This document shows positions 1-10,117 of a DNA stretch of 64,000 nt, piece after piece. The stretch spans positions 434,001 through 498,000 of the forward strand of contig BQFW01000010.1 in assembly GCA_020891255.1 (NCBI GenBank). Direction: 5' to 3'. The position numbers were made by a program, and so were the translations under genes. Source of the stretch: Entomortierella parvispora E1425 (taxonomy: Eukaryota > Fungi > Mortierellomycota). Each line of letters opens with the position of its first letter. The stretch's first letter is position 1. The notes below the pieces were generated by a model that saw only the letters and a list, made by a program, of their open reading frames with translations, was not told where the DNA came from and searched no databases.

Positions 1-917
1 GAACCATGGATCTCAACGTCCGTAATCCTCCAGGGCGAGTACGAAGGCACGTGAAGTTCCTTGACACAGGGAGGGAGCAGTATCAAAAACTCGACCAATT
101 CGTCCCCTCTCAGAAAGATCTGCTTTTCAGGCAAGAAAAGCCTCAAGTCCTGGAGATGCTGAAGGGATGCAAACATTTCACGGCACGTTTGGACGCCCGT
201 CTCCCCCATCCGCACATGCTCCATATCCCAAGCCAAGGACTCGAGGTTCTTGGCGGCAGAAATAAGTCGGGTCTGGTCTAGCAAGGAAGAATATGAGGCT
301 CCGAGGACGAGATGGCGCAACATGGGGAGACCTGCAGGGTCGGGGCAAGGCAACAACGCGTTCATGTGCACTGTGAAAGAATTAAAGCCCAGATCGAGGG
401 AGCTGAGTCCTTGGGCGATGCGCCAGAGTGGTGAAACGAGCGTTCCATTGGATTTGGCGCCCTCTCTGTGGTAACCAAACTCAAACCCACGGACGACGAG
501 TTCCTGGAGGTTGGGGCAGTGCTCTGTCAAGACAGAGAGGGATTCGGGGGTGAGCTCGAGGGAGGTGACCTTGTTGATCCGGGGATTGCTTTGGAGAAAG
601 GCGATCCACGTCTTGGATATAGAAGTCGTTGACGAACCAGGACCGCGCACCTGAAGCTCGGTGAGATGGGTGCATTTGGGGGCAATGATGTTGAAGATGG
701 GGCTCGTCATGGAGATGATGAGTCGGGTCGCATGAGGGCAATACCTCTCCAGCGCGGCAGACCGAGCGTTGGAAGAATTGATCTCCCTGAAGCAGAGGGG
801 GGCAAAGACCGTATACCAGACTTTGTTGACGAGCGTACAATGAACAATATCCTCAAGGCCGAGGTGGACGGAAACCAGAATGAGAATCTCTGGAATGTCG
901 ATGGAGATGGGCGTCAT
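1..917 (-). CDS. F-box/LRR-like protein, 3' end runs off the window; paralog of 6778-8199
   Basis: Manual translation from ATG at 917 (MTPISIDIPQILILVSVHLGLEDIVHCTLVNKVWYTVFAP...CPNLQELVVRG...LQDLRLFLP...LPPCVKEL) is open to position 1 and aligns along its length with the 487-aa ORF at 6778-8241. It is absent from the ORF track because no stop lies in the window. Confidence 0.85.
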   Translation of the reverse strand, partial: MTPISIDIPEILILVSVHLGLEDIVHCTLVNKVWYTVFAPLCFREINSSNARSAALERYCPHATRLIISMTSPIFNIIAPKCTHLTELQVRGPGSSTTSISKTWIAFLQSNPRINKVTSLELTPESLSVLTEHCPNLQELVVRGFEFGYHREGAKSNGTLVSPLWRIAQGLSSLDLGFNSFTVHMNALLPCPDPAGLPMLRHLVLGASYSSLLDQTRLISAAKNLESLAWDMEHVRMGETGVQTCREMFASLQHLQDLRLFLPEKQIFLRGDELVEFLILLPPCVKELHVPSYSPWRITDVEIHG

Positions 918-1020
918 GAAGGTGAGAACTGTGAATGACAAAAGAAGAAATGCAATGATGCATGCATGCAAATAACGGATTCGATTGCTCGGCTGTGCTG
1001 CAGTGCTTCGCACATTTTAA

Positions 1021-1854
1021 TCAAAGTGTTTTCTTTTGACGGCATTGATCCTGCTCCCGGTGTCCTCGGTGGCTGTACTCCATGATCCTTTGGTCGTTCC
1101 TCTTGAGCCGTTCCACTAAAGAGCCTGCAACTGCGGACCTGATCCCGACGTCGCCCCCAAACTCAGATCGGGCCATTTCGACGACTTTGATCTCCAAGAA
1201 CTCTTTAATTCCACCCTGACGAGTTCGGTATCCGTACAAAAAGGCAGAATGGTTATCCGGATTCAAGGCGTACTTTTCCAGGGCGAGATCCCGGCTGATG
1301 TAGCAGTTTTGTGTGGCGTAGGGTGTACTCTCATTGTTCGAGCTAAAGTGATGCTTGCGACATTGGAGGCATAGTTGGATCGTCCAATTTGGGTCCACAG
1401 GGAGGCCCACGCGTACCGTACCCATCTGCCGTTGACAGTGTGTCTCCACTTGAACAGGCAAGGGCAGTGAGGCCGCAGTCGTTGCTACTGTGTTTCTGTC
1501 AAAATAACTGTAGCACCGCTCACAGACCATGGAGCTGAAAGCACACATATAGAGCATGTAGGACCTTGACTCTGGCACCAGTGGCAAGAGACATAAGGTC
1601 CTCTTCGATTTGAACACTTTTCGAAAGAGATGTGACCAGTACGGCAGAGATGCGACTATATCCTGCAAGGCGGTGCTCACCATCGATATTCGCGACAGCT
1701 GGGAAGGGTATAGATAAGAACAGATCTTTTGCCACACTTCGAACGGAACGCGACGGTCCATGGTTAGCGGCGCAGTTCCTAGAGTTGGCTCCAAAGTTGT
1801 GCCCTGTTTATCCGTGCGGTAGGTAAAGTTGAATCGAGTGTGTTGACCACTCAT
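1021..1854 (-). CDS. F-box protein with C-terminal XPA/Rad14-like Zn + helical domain (family copy 1)
   Basis: 277-aa ORF; F-box VPFEVWQKICSYLYPSQLSRISMVS; VCERC...LCLQCR; YISRDLALEKYAL; KEFLEIKVVEMARSEFGGDVGI. Confidence 0.85.
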   Translation of the reverse strand: MSGQHTRFNFTYRTDKQGTTLEPTLGTAPLTMDRRVPFEVWQKICSYLYPSQLSRISMVSTALQDIVASLPYWSHLFRKVFKSKRTLCLLPLVPESRSYMLYMCAFSSMVCERCYSYFDRNTVATTAASLPLPVQVETHCQRQMGTVRVGLPVDPNWTIQLCLQCRKHHFSSNNESTPYATQNCYISRDLALEKYALNPDNHSAFLYGYRTRQGGIKEFLEIKVVEMARSEFGGDVGIRSAVAGSLVERLKRNDQRIMEYSHRGHREQDQCRQKKTL

Positions 1855-2231
1855 AAGATTCTTGCAAGTGCAAATATTATGGGAGTTCTAGGTGTGGATG
1901 AGGACGTATTGTATAGTGGGGAGCGTGGGAAGCCGCGAAAAGCAATTTGAGGATCGTTGGGAAAAGTGTTTGAACGTGTGGTGCTGCCTTTCAGGGCAAG
2001 ATTTTGTCCCAGCCCCTCGTGGGGCGAGAGGTGGTGGCTTAAGGGTGCAAAGGGCACGTGCAGGGTCCACGTCTGAACGAAGCGAGCGAGGCGCGGAGTT
2101 GGAAATTGGTGGGAATCTTGGAGATTCCGAGATTCCACTCAACATTCCATCGCGATCCTCGTCTCTTTCAGTCTTAGCCATTGCTTGACTAGGGTGAGTG
2201 GACTCTCTTTCAAGCATTCGGTTTTGGCCGT

Positions 2232-2712
2232 CATTTAGAGGCTAGGCTCGATGCGAGATTTCGATGCGAGATTTCGATGCATTCGGTTTTGCATTTTGCT
2301 TAGCCGCTACTTAGAGGCTAAGCTCGATACTTATAGGTTGAGCTCGATGCTTACCCGTTACTTAGAGGCTAAGCTCGATGCTTACTTGGAGGCTGAGCTC
2401 CATGCTTACTTGGAGGTTAAACTCCATGCTTGCCCGTTACTTACTTAGAGGCTAAGCTCGATTCGGTTTTTGCTTAGCCATTCCTTAAAAACTCAGGTGA
2501 TTGGAGGATACCGATGCATTCAGTTTTTGCATTTTGCTTACCCGTTACTTTGAGACGCTTGCCCGTTACTTTGAGACGCTTGCCCGTTACTTAGAGGCTA
2601 AGCTCGATGCGAGATTTCGATGCGTTCGATTTTGCATTTTGCTTAGCCGTTACTTAGAGGCTAAGCTCGATGCTTACCCGTTACTTAGAGGCTAAGCTCG
2701 ATGCAAGATTTC
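2232..2712. repeat. Degenerate minisatellite-like array built on TTAGAGGCTAAGCTCGATGC, CCCGTTAC and GAGATTTCGATGC modules
   Basis: About ten copies of the core (T/C)TTAGAGGCTAAGCTCGAT or close variants, interleaved with other short modules; translates as repeated YLEAKLDA in short + ORFs. Confidence 0.85.
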
Positions 2713-3393
2713 GAAATCAATCAATTTCTCCATTCAATCAATTTCAAGGTTCACGCGTTAAGTGCCCCGGGCGAGGAAAGATTCCTCGACTTGATCATTC
2801 TCCTCCCCATGATCCTCGTGTCGTCTTTGCACCGGATCCTTTTCCCACCTTTTCTCCACTCCATCCATCTTCGCCATCTTTGCCAACCGTTTATTCCGTC
2901 TTCACCTTCGCTCCTACTCTCACTCAATCCCCCTCTCCCTCCACTCCTCTTCTTTTAAACCCCTGGTTCCAGTTCATCCAGAACCTTGACCATTCCCCTG
3001 ACCCGTTAGCTCATTGTATTGTCAGGGAGGCCCGTGCACGCTCATGAAATTGTCACTTCACAACTTGTTGCTTGACATTAGTTAGACAAGAGGTTCTCGA
3101 ACCTCCCTGTGCAGATAAAGAGCTCAGACTCAGCTAATGATGGGGCTAGAGTTGTCGCCCCTCCCATTCTCGTCAACTTTGACTTGCGCAAAGGAATGAA
3201 GAGGATTCAAGAGAAAATGCGGATAAAAACCTCCGATAAGTCCCTTATCCCTTAACTTGAATAATTTTTTAATTTTTTAAACCGGAAAAACACGTGATAT
3301 TCGAATGCGCGTTTACATGGGACATCGACTTCTCTCGTGCTTTTCCGTTAATTAGACGTCTCATTTTCTCTTTCTCGAACATCGTCCTTCACC

Positions 3394-6300
3394 ATGAGTA
3401 TCGAATACTGGTGTATCCTTGATGGAAGAAGCACATCGGAAACATTCTCAATTCTGGTTACCCCCCATGCCAAAGTTATGGAACTCAAGGAGGTCATTAC
3501 CACAAAACTGCAATTAACTACACCGTCAGCGGACTTTACTCTCTGGAAAAAGTCTATCCCCCCTGACTTTGACAAGAGAACCCCATCGAATGCAAAGATT
3601 TGCCTGAAAATGCCCAGCTTTTTCCAAGAGCACTCATCTCCGGCCTTGATCTTGACACCGACACTTATATCATCGTCAAGCGACCGCAAGAAGGTGCATT
3701 CTCGTCTAGCCCTCTATCTCTCTCTCACCCTCCCCTTTCTCCCCATTTGACACAACGATTTGTTCACCACAAAAAGAATCCTACACTTTGAGGTATCTTT
3801 ATTGTGGTTGGTGTCATTTGTATTTATCGGAGGAAGGCTTGCGGTGGTGCGATGTGGGATGCCTTTTCTAATCCAATCCGTTCCTTGTATTTCTCGATAG
3901 ACGGCCCCGTTGAAAAGTCGCATGGAGAGCACATGCTCGCCTTGACTACTATAGCAGATACATTCTTTGCCGACCCTCAATACAATATCTACCTGGGAGA
4001 TTTTGTTCAAGGCGCCCATGAATTGCCTGTCACTGAAGGCAATATCCCTGGCCTCCCGTGTGTTGGCAAGCGTGGAATAGAAAGGCGTCGAACTACCCCT
4101 TCTCTGCTTTTTTTCGACCTTCCTTCCCCGGCTAAGCCTGGCGACTCACCCAAGAAGAGCAGGGCTGAAGAAATCTTGTCAGCAAATGATTGTGGGACCC
4201 ACCTTCCGCTTTTTGGTGTGTCCGGTAAGGAATTCTCCGGATGTCACTCTTACTCATAAAGTTTGTGATAATAGGCATTACTAACATTAAATCCTTTTTC
4301 TTCTTTGATTCTAATTAGGATGCGGCAAGACGCGCACAGCAATGAACATCTTGTCAAGATCATGGGTCTGTACTTCAACGCTGGAGGCAAGGATCTGGGG
4401 TCAGGAGACATTTCATTTATTATGGAGATGATCAACGTGCGCAGTGATTTCTATGAGACGGCCAACATGCAACAAAATACGGAGAGGATCAGGAACCTTT
4501 TTTTCATCCTCCTGTATTCCAGATTGCTGATCCTGGAGCACTGCCTGAGTATCACTGGAAGCAACAAGACCTTTACCTGCCAGAGATGGATGCTCCTTCA
4601 GGTTGCGACGCCAGTATTCAAGGATGTGTTCCTGGATCTTTTCAAACCCATCAGCGTTTACGTGCAAGAGAACTTGCTATCAAGCGCCATTATGTGGAGC
4701 GTCCAAGAGCAGTTCAAAAAAGTCAGTGAACTTCTCTCCAGTCGATCAGATGTCACCCAAGTTCACTCCAAGTTTGTCATAGTCCTGGACGAATCACAAA
4801 ATTTTGGCAGGCGTCTACCCGAGGTGTTCCTTGGTACCAACAATGAGATCCGACCTGTGTTGGCCCCGATCCTGACTTCAATTCGACATATTTCAACAAG
4901 CAAGAAAGACATATGTGTCATGCCCTGCGGCACTGGCTTGAGTTCTTATGAGCTAGACTGGGCTGGAGGCTCTGCATCTGATATGAAGCTTTCCGTAGGC
5001 GAACTGATACAAGACGGAGCATCGAAGAAGGTGGTCGATTTCGAAGGATGGACAGACATCAAGTCCATTTCAACCTACTTAGAGCGCCTTGGTGAAAGTC
5101 TGAATGAGGAGGCGAGAAACAGGCTGCACAGCCTGATCCCTCAGGAAGCGGTTGCAATGCTTCACTGTTTGCTGCGCGGCCGATTTAGGCCTATCATTTC
5201 AGCGGTATGTCCTTCATCCATTGATGTAAAACATCGTAAGTGTTGAACTAAATTGTCTTTTTTTATTATTTTTTATTTTGCTTTAGATCGAGGACATCCT
5301 TGAGGTTGACGACCCTGTGGCTTGGAGGGATTGTATCGTCCAATTCGAGGAGCGACTGACAACTGCAGATATTCTCACCTACGGTGGCGGAGAGCGTAGT
5401 CTTGAGGGCAACCTCTGCATTGAACTACACCGTGTATTTCAGCGCGTTAGGAAGCTCACCTCACCTGCTGAGAAGAGGAAGGCTGATGACGAGATAAGTA
5501 ATGTCAAGGCCACTCTGAAGTTTGCTGTTGTGGCATATATAACACAAGGGGGCTACCGAACATTCAGAGGCGTACTGCCAGAGCTTGTGGAGTCGGCTTT
5601 CGGTCGGATCAAAACCTTTGATGGCGTGTCCAGAACAATTATCGACGAGCCCTTTGCTATCAAAGCAGCAGACAACTATTTCCAGGCAACAGATCCAGAG
5701 TATCTGCAACATCGGATGACTGTATGAAAACTAGCCCCTCGGAACAAGTTCGCGGCCAATTATGGGAATACAGCTTGCCACACGAAATGGTCCACGTCTT
5801 CCATGACAAGAAGGTTTCAGAACGACTCTTTCGCAATAACGAGGCTCCCCACGAGATGTTTGAGTATGAAGCGTCTATTGTGGGATGGCCTAGTGCTCAA
5901 CTGACGACTTGCGCGGAAGAGATTTCCATGGCGGATTTTTTGGATACTCACTTCAATCACAACTCTTTGAGAAATGGTGAAGTTTTATCACCCTTTTTCT
6001 TCCCTTATGAGGCCGATTCGGGTCCCGACCTTGTTTTTGTCGTCAGATTCGACAAGCACGGCTCGAATGTTTCAGGCCATTCGTCTCAATTCGTTTGCCC
6101 AGTATTTCTGCAGTCGAAGCTTGTCGCTGACCTCTCTGGCCAAGATAGGGAGAATCCTTGCAGCTCGGTCCAACCAAAAAAGATCCAGGTACATGGGGCT
6201 ACCATTCGTAAGTATTGTGGGCGTCATGGATACTATATCAGTCTGCTTGTAGCTTATCCTGCAAAGGTAGGGTACTTTTTCAAGGACAGCTCAGTTTTAG

Positions 6301-6479
6301 AGAAACATGGCGACGAGGGGCTCACGGAGATCGCGCTCGTGATTGATGCAGGGAATATTTCCGATCTCCTCCGCCAGCAACATATCCAAGCTCTGGCTAT
6401 AATGAAGGGCGCATCGGATGACGTGGAAAAGGCCAACAAAAAAATCAAGGTTGATGTTAATGTTGCCAAACGTCCTTAG
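3394..6479 (+). pseudogene. Crinkler (CRN)-like gene: N-terminal Ubl-like domain, P-loop NTPase, C-terminal REase-like domain; three apparent 1-bp frameshifts in this sequence
   Basis: N-term YWCILDGRSTSETFSI...VMELKEVI...FTLWK...YIIVKRP; introns ~3694-3900, ~4225-4318 and ~5205-5286; spliced P-loop LPLFGVSG|CGKTRTA; Walker B VIVLDESQ; C-term GPDLVFVVRF...PVFLQSKL. Frame breaks at ~3581-3584 (C4), 4364-4366 (G3) and ~5720. May be intact in vivo. Confidence 0.8.
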
Positions 6480-6777
6480 TTTGCAAATGTCGGTCATTTG
6501 AAGTACTGATCATTTATCAATGCGTCGAGAAAGCCGTTGAGGCTTGCAGCAGCGTGTCATCTCTTCCTCTTTTTTCCACAACAGGGGCTTTCATCAGATA
6601 AAGCCAGATCGTCATCCACGCTAAAAAATAAAAATAAAAAATATATAAAAATGCACAATTGAGACGTCCAAGGACTCGCAAAAGACACGAATGAAAGGAA
6701 TGAGCAGCGATAGTCCATTGTCCTAAAGAATGTGTGGATAGGTTTATTGGCAAGTTATTTCACGAGTGTAGTTTGCC

Positions 6778-8199
6778 TCACCAAGCCTGGTCAAATATGG
6801 GCAGGCGACTGCGAGGTACTGCTTTGTCAAAAGTACGAAAGAACTTTAGCCGAGGCCAGATCTCTCTCATCCAGAGTGTACTTGTTATCTCGTCTTTCTC
6901 GATCATCTGATCTCTCCAGATCCTAGGTGTTTCTCCGTCATGCCATTGAAGTTCAGCAGGGTCCAGACCGCCCATGATGAGTGTTGTCAGCATCTTCATG
7001 GTACACAATTGGTCAAACAAAAGCCGGAGCGTTTTCTCGGTGCCAACCACATACTCTATACCGAGTTTCTCCAGACCGCTGCAAACCCAGCCGAATGGTC
7101 CAACCCGCCTTTGGGAATCATCGCCAAGAACACTCAACTCCTCATATTCGACCGTAAGCTCCTGAAGATGTACAGTGTAACAACAAAAGACACGGAGACA
7201 AGGGCAGGAGCGCAGGATGTTGTCAATGAAGGTGCTAGTGATATCACATCCTCTGAGGTTTAGTGTTTCCAAACCATGGAACTGTCTTGATAAAGGACTT
7301 TGGAGGTGGGAGTCTGTGATAATCCAGGATGCGTATGCCCACACTTGAAACTCTTTGACACATGGAGGAAGCGATATCAAGAACTCGACTAACCCTTCCC
7401 CTCCCAGGAACGCCGATCTTGCCGGTAGAATAAGCCTCAAGTCGTGAAGACGCCCCAGAGATGAAAACAATTCGCGGAACATACTGACCCTTATATCGCC
7501 CAATCGAGAGTGCCCCATGTCCCAGGTTATTGTCTCCAGGCCCTTGCAGCAAGAAATAAATCGCAGTTGATCGACCACAGAATAGTATGGAACTCTAAGG
7601 ACGAGATGATGCATCATGGATAGACCCTCTGGGTATGGGCAGGGTGACAACATGCCCGTGAAAACCGCGTTCGGGCTGGAGCCGAGATCAAGAGAAAATA
7701 ATTTTTGGGCGATGCCCCAGAGAAGCTCCCCGTTGGATGTCGCCCTTTCTTTCCAATGACCACACTCAAACCCATGAATCACGAGCTCGCGGAGGTTGCG
7801 GCAGCACTTAACCAAGACAGAGAGGGACCGTGGAGTGAGTTGGTTGACCGTGACCTTGGCGATTCGAGGATTGTTTTGGATGAAGGCGATCCACTTCTTG
7901 GAAAGAGAGGCGGTGGACTGGTCATGACCGTGCACCTCGAGCTCGGTGAGACCAGTGCAGTTGGAGGCGATGGTGTTGAAAGTGCGACTCCTTATACCGA
8001 TGACGAGCCGTGTTGCGTGATAACAATATCGTTCAAGGGCGATGGATTGAGCATTGGTTGGGTTGATCTCTTGGAAGAGACGGGGGGCAAAGACGGCGTT
8101 CCACACTTTGCTGACAAGCGTGCAGGAAATGATGTGCTCAGGATCAAGATGGATTGAAATCAAAAGTAGAATTTGAGGAATGTCGATCGATGGGGACAT
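6778..8199 (-). CDS. F-box/LRR-like (RNI-like) protein
   Basis: Intronless ORF; F-box-like IDIPQILLLISIHLDPEHIISCTLVSKVW followed by LRR-like units (CCRNLRELVI, FHGLETLNLRGC, SCPCLRVF, WVCSGLEKL). ATG 8199 chosen by alignment with the copy at 917. Confidence 0.85.
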   Translation of the reverse strand: MSPSIDIPQILLLISIHLDPEHIISCTLVSKVWNAVFAPRLFQEINPTNAQSIALERYCYHATRLVIGIRSRTFNTIASNCTGLTELEVHGHDQSTASLSKKWIAFIQNNPRIAKVTVNQLTPRSLSVLVKCCRNLRELVIHGFECGHWKERATSNGELLWGIAQKLFSLDLGSSPNAVFTGMLSPCPYPEGLSMMHHLVLRVPYYSVVDQLRFISCCKGLETITWDMGHSRLGDIRVSMFRELFSSLGRLHDLRLILPARSAFLGGEGLVEFLISLPPCVKEFQVWAYASWIITDSHLQSPLSRQFHGLETLNLRGCDITSTFIDNILRSCPCLRVFCCYTVHLQELTVEYEELSVLGDDSQRRVGPFGWVCSGLEKLGIEYVVGTEKTLRLLFDQLCTMKMLTTLIMGGLDPAELQWHDGETPRIWRDQMIEKDEITSTLWMREIWPRLKFFRTFDKAVPRSRLPIFDQAW

Positions 8200-8324
8200 C
8201 TTGGTGTGAATGACAAAAGAAGAGATGCTGAATGCATGCATGCATCACAGGGGGAAAATGTTACGCGGCTGTGCCGAAGTGCTTCGCCACATCATCCCGC
8301 CGCTTCAATTTTCTTTTTGATGGC

Positions 8325-9146
8325 TCACCGATGGCTGTAATCCATGATCCTGCGGTTACTCCTCTCAAACCGTTCTTCTAAAGATCCAGCGACCATGGCC
8401 CTGATCCCGACGTCTCCTCCATATTCGGATCGAGCAATCTTGATAACATCGCTTTCCAAGTACTCGCCTGTTCCACGACTGCCGTATCGAATTATGGCGT
8501 CGGAGGAAAAATAGTCCAGATTCAGGGCGTATTTTTTTAGGACAAGATCCCCGGTGATGTAGTTGGTTTGTGCAGCGTACGGGATTCTCTCTTTGAGATG
8601 AGTGAAATGATTCTTGCGGCAGGGAAAGTACATTTGAATGGTCCAGTTCGGATCCACAGGGTAGCCCACGAGTTGAATACCCTCGTGCTTTCGACGGTAC
8701 GCTTCTACTCGAGTAGGCAAGGGCAGTGAAGCTGCATTCCCTGCCTCGAGGTTGCTATCAAAATACTCGTAGCACCTCTCACACACCATGGAGCTGAAGG
8801 CACACATATAGAGCATGTAGGACCTTGACTCTGGCACCCGTGGCAAGAGGCACAAGGCCACTTTTGACCCGAATAGTTTGCGAAACAGAAACGACCAGTA
8901 AGGCAGCAAGTCGACTACATCATGGAGGGTGGTGCTGACCATGGACATTCGCGAAACTTGGGAAGGGTATAGATAGGAACAGATCTGCTGCCACACTTCG
9001 AACGGAACGCCACGGTCCATGGTTACTGATCCTGTTGCGGCGGATTCCAAACCCCCGCCCTGCTCCTCCATGCGACGAACGAGATCGGATCGTGTATGTT
9101 GGCCACTTGCAAGCTCCTTCGAGATGTTAATTCGATTCGGATTCAT
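8325..9146 (-). CDS. F-box protein with XPA-like C-terminal domain (copy 2); one Zn-ligand Cys replaced by Tyr
   Basis: 273-aa ORF paralogous to 1021-1854; VCERC retained but LCLQCR reads MYFPCR; ARSEYGGDVGI. Confidence 0.85.
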   Translation of the reverse strand: MNPNRINISKELASGQHTRSDLVRRMEEQGGGLESAATGSVTMDRGVPFEVWQQICSYLYPSQVSRMSMVSTTLHDVVDLLPYWSFLFRKLFGSKVALCLLPRVPESRSYMLYMCAFSSMVCERCYEYFDSNLEAGNAASLPLPTRVEAYRRKHEGIQLVGYPVDPNWTIQMYFPCRKNHFTHLKERIPYAAQTNYITGDLVLKKYALNLDYFSSDAIIRYGSRGTGEYLESDVIKIARSEYGGDVGIRAMVAGSLEERFERSNRRIMDYSHR

Positions 9147-9625
9147 AGTAAGAGAGAGGGAACTTATCGTGTGTCAAGAGGAATAGCGGTTTTTTGACTG
9201 GGGGTAGCGTGGGAATCTGTACCGTATGCTTTGAGCTCATTTGGCACAAAAAAAGGAAAAAGAAAAAAAAAAATGCGGCGTTGTCCTGCATCGAGAAGAC
9301 AAAGTGAGCCTTGAAGATTTTTGTCCTTCGAATGACGAAGATAGACGGTTTCTCAATCCACGCAACTCTGTCACGCACGCGCTTGCTCCTGCACCAACAC
9401 GCCACCAATATAAACTTGGCATCTTTTTTTTTTTCTTTGAGCAGAGAGAAGGCGATTTCGGCAACAGGCTGAAAGTTGAGGAGGCAACATGGACATGGGA
9501 GACGGCCTACAATTCATCCATGCTGTCAACAGGGTTTACGAGTGTCAAGGGGAGTGCCACAGAATTTATTGACAGAGTTCCGAGATCATAACCACTGAGC
9601 AGGCCAATATGTTTTATCATTTGGG

Positions 9626-10117
9626 TCATGCATTGTACAGCATCTCTTCAAAAGGCTCGACCGTTCGAACATAACGACCACTCTCATCGCTTTCGAAATG
9701 GACCACGTGAAAGTCTCTATTTTCGTTGATATAGACGTGCCCATGCCCATTGTGGGAGCAGTTCCTAGCGGTCCATTTGCCACTCATGCCAGCAGAAATT
9801 ATCTTCTCGTCCAATGTTGTCTCTGCTCTATTCACCACCCCATTCTCAATGGCATGATAACCGACTACAAACTTTTCAGCTGTAGAGCACTTGTCGCAAT
9901 AATTTGGTCTAGATCCACCTAGAAAGACGACTACCCCTCCCCCTGGGTCCTGATCAACCATGTTCTCGACCACGATAGCCGCATCGTCCTTTGTCTTCCA
10001 ATCAAGGTAAAACTTGGCTATGAGCTGGCCGCAAGTCATGCAGCTAAGCATCTTCATTCGACTTGAGTGAGTGTGGGCTAGAGCGTCATTGAACGATAGG
10101 TCGCTATGGCGCTCCAT
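9626..10117 (-). CDS. Hypothetical 163-aa protein with two CxxC motifs
   Basis: Single ORF with ATG start and globular, non-repetitive composition; SCMTC and YCDKC motifs; no family recognised. Confidence 0.5.
   Translation of the reverse strand: MERHSDLSFNDALAHTHSSRMKMLSCMTCGQLIAKFYLDWKTKDDAAIVVENMVDQDPGGGVVVFLGGSRPNYCDKCSTAEKFVVGYHAIENGVVNRAETTLDEKIISAGMSGKWTARNCSHNGHGHVYINENRDFHVVHFESDESGRYVRTVEPFEEMLYNA

Noticed and set aside
2000-6770. The CRN interval as a discrete transposon
   Set aside because: No terminal inverted repeats, TSD or Helitron-type ends found by eye.
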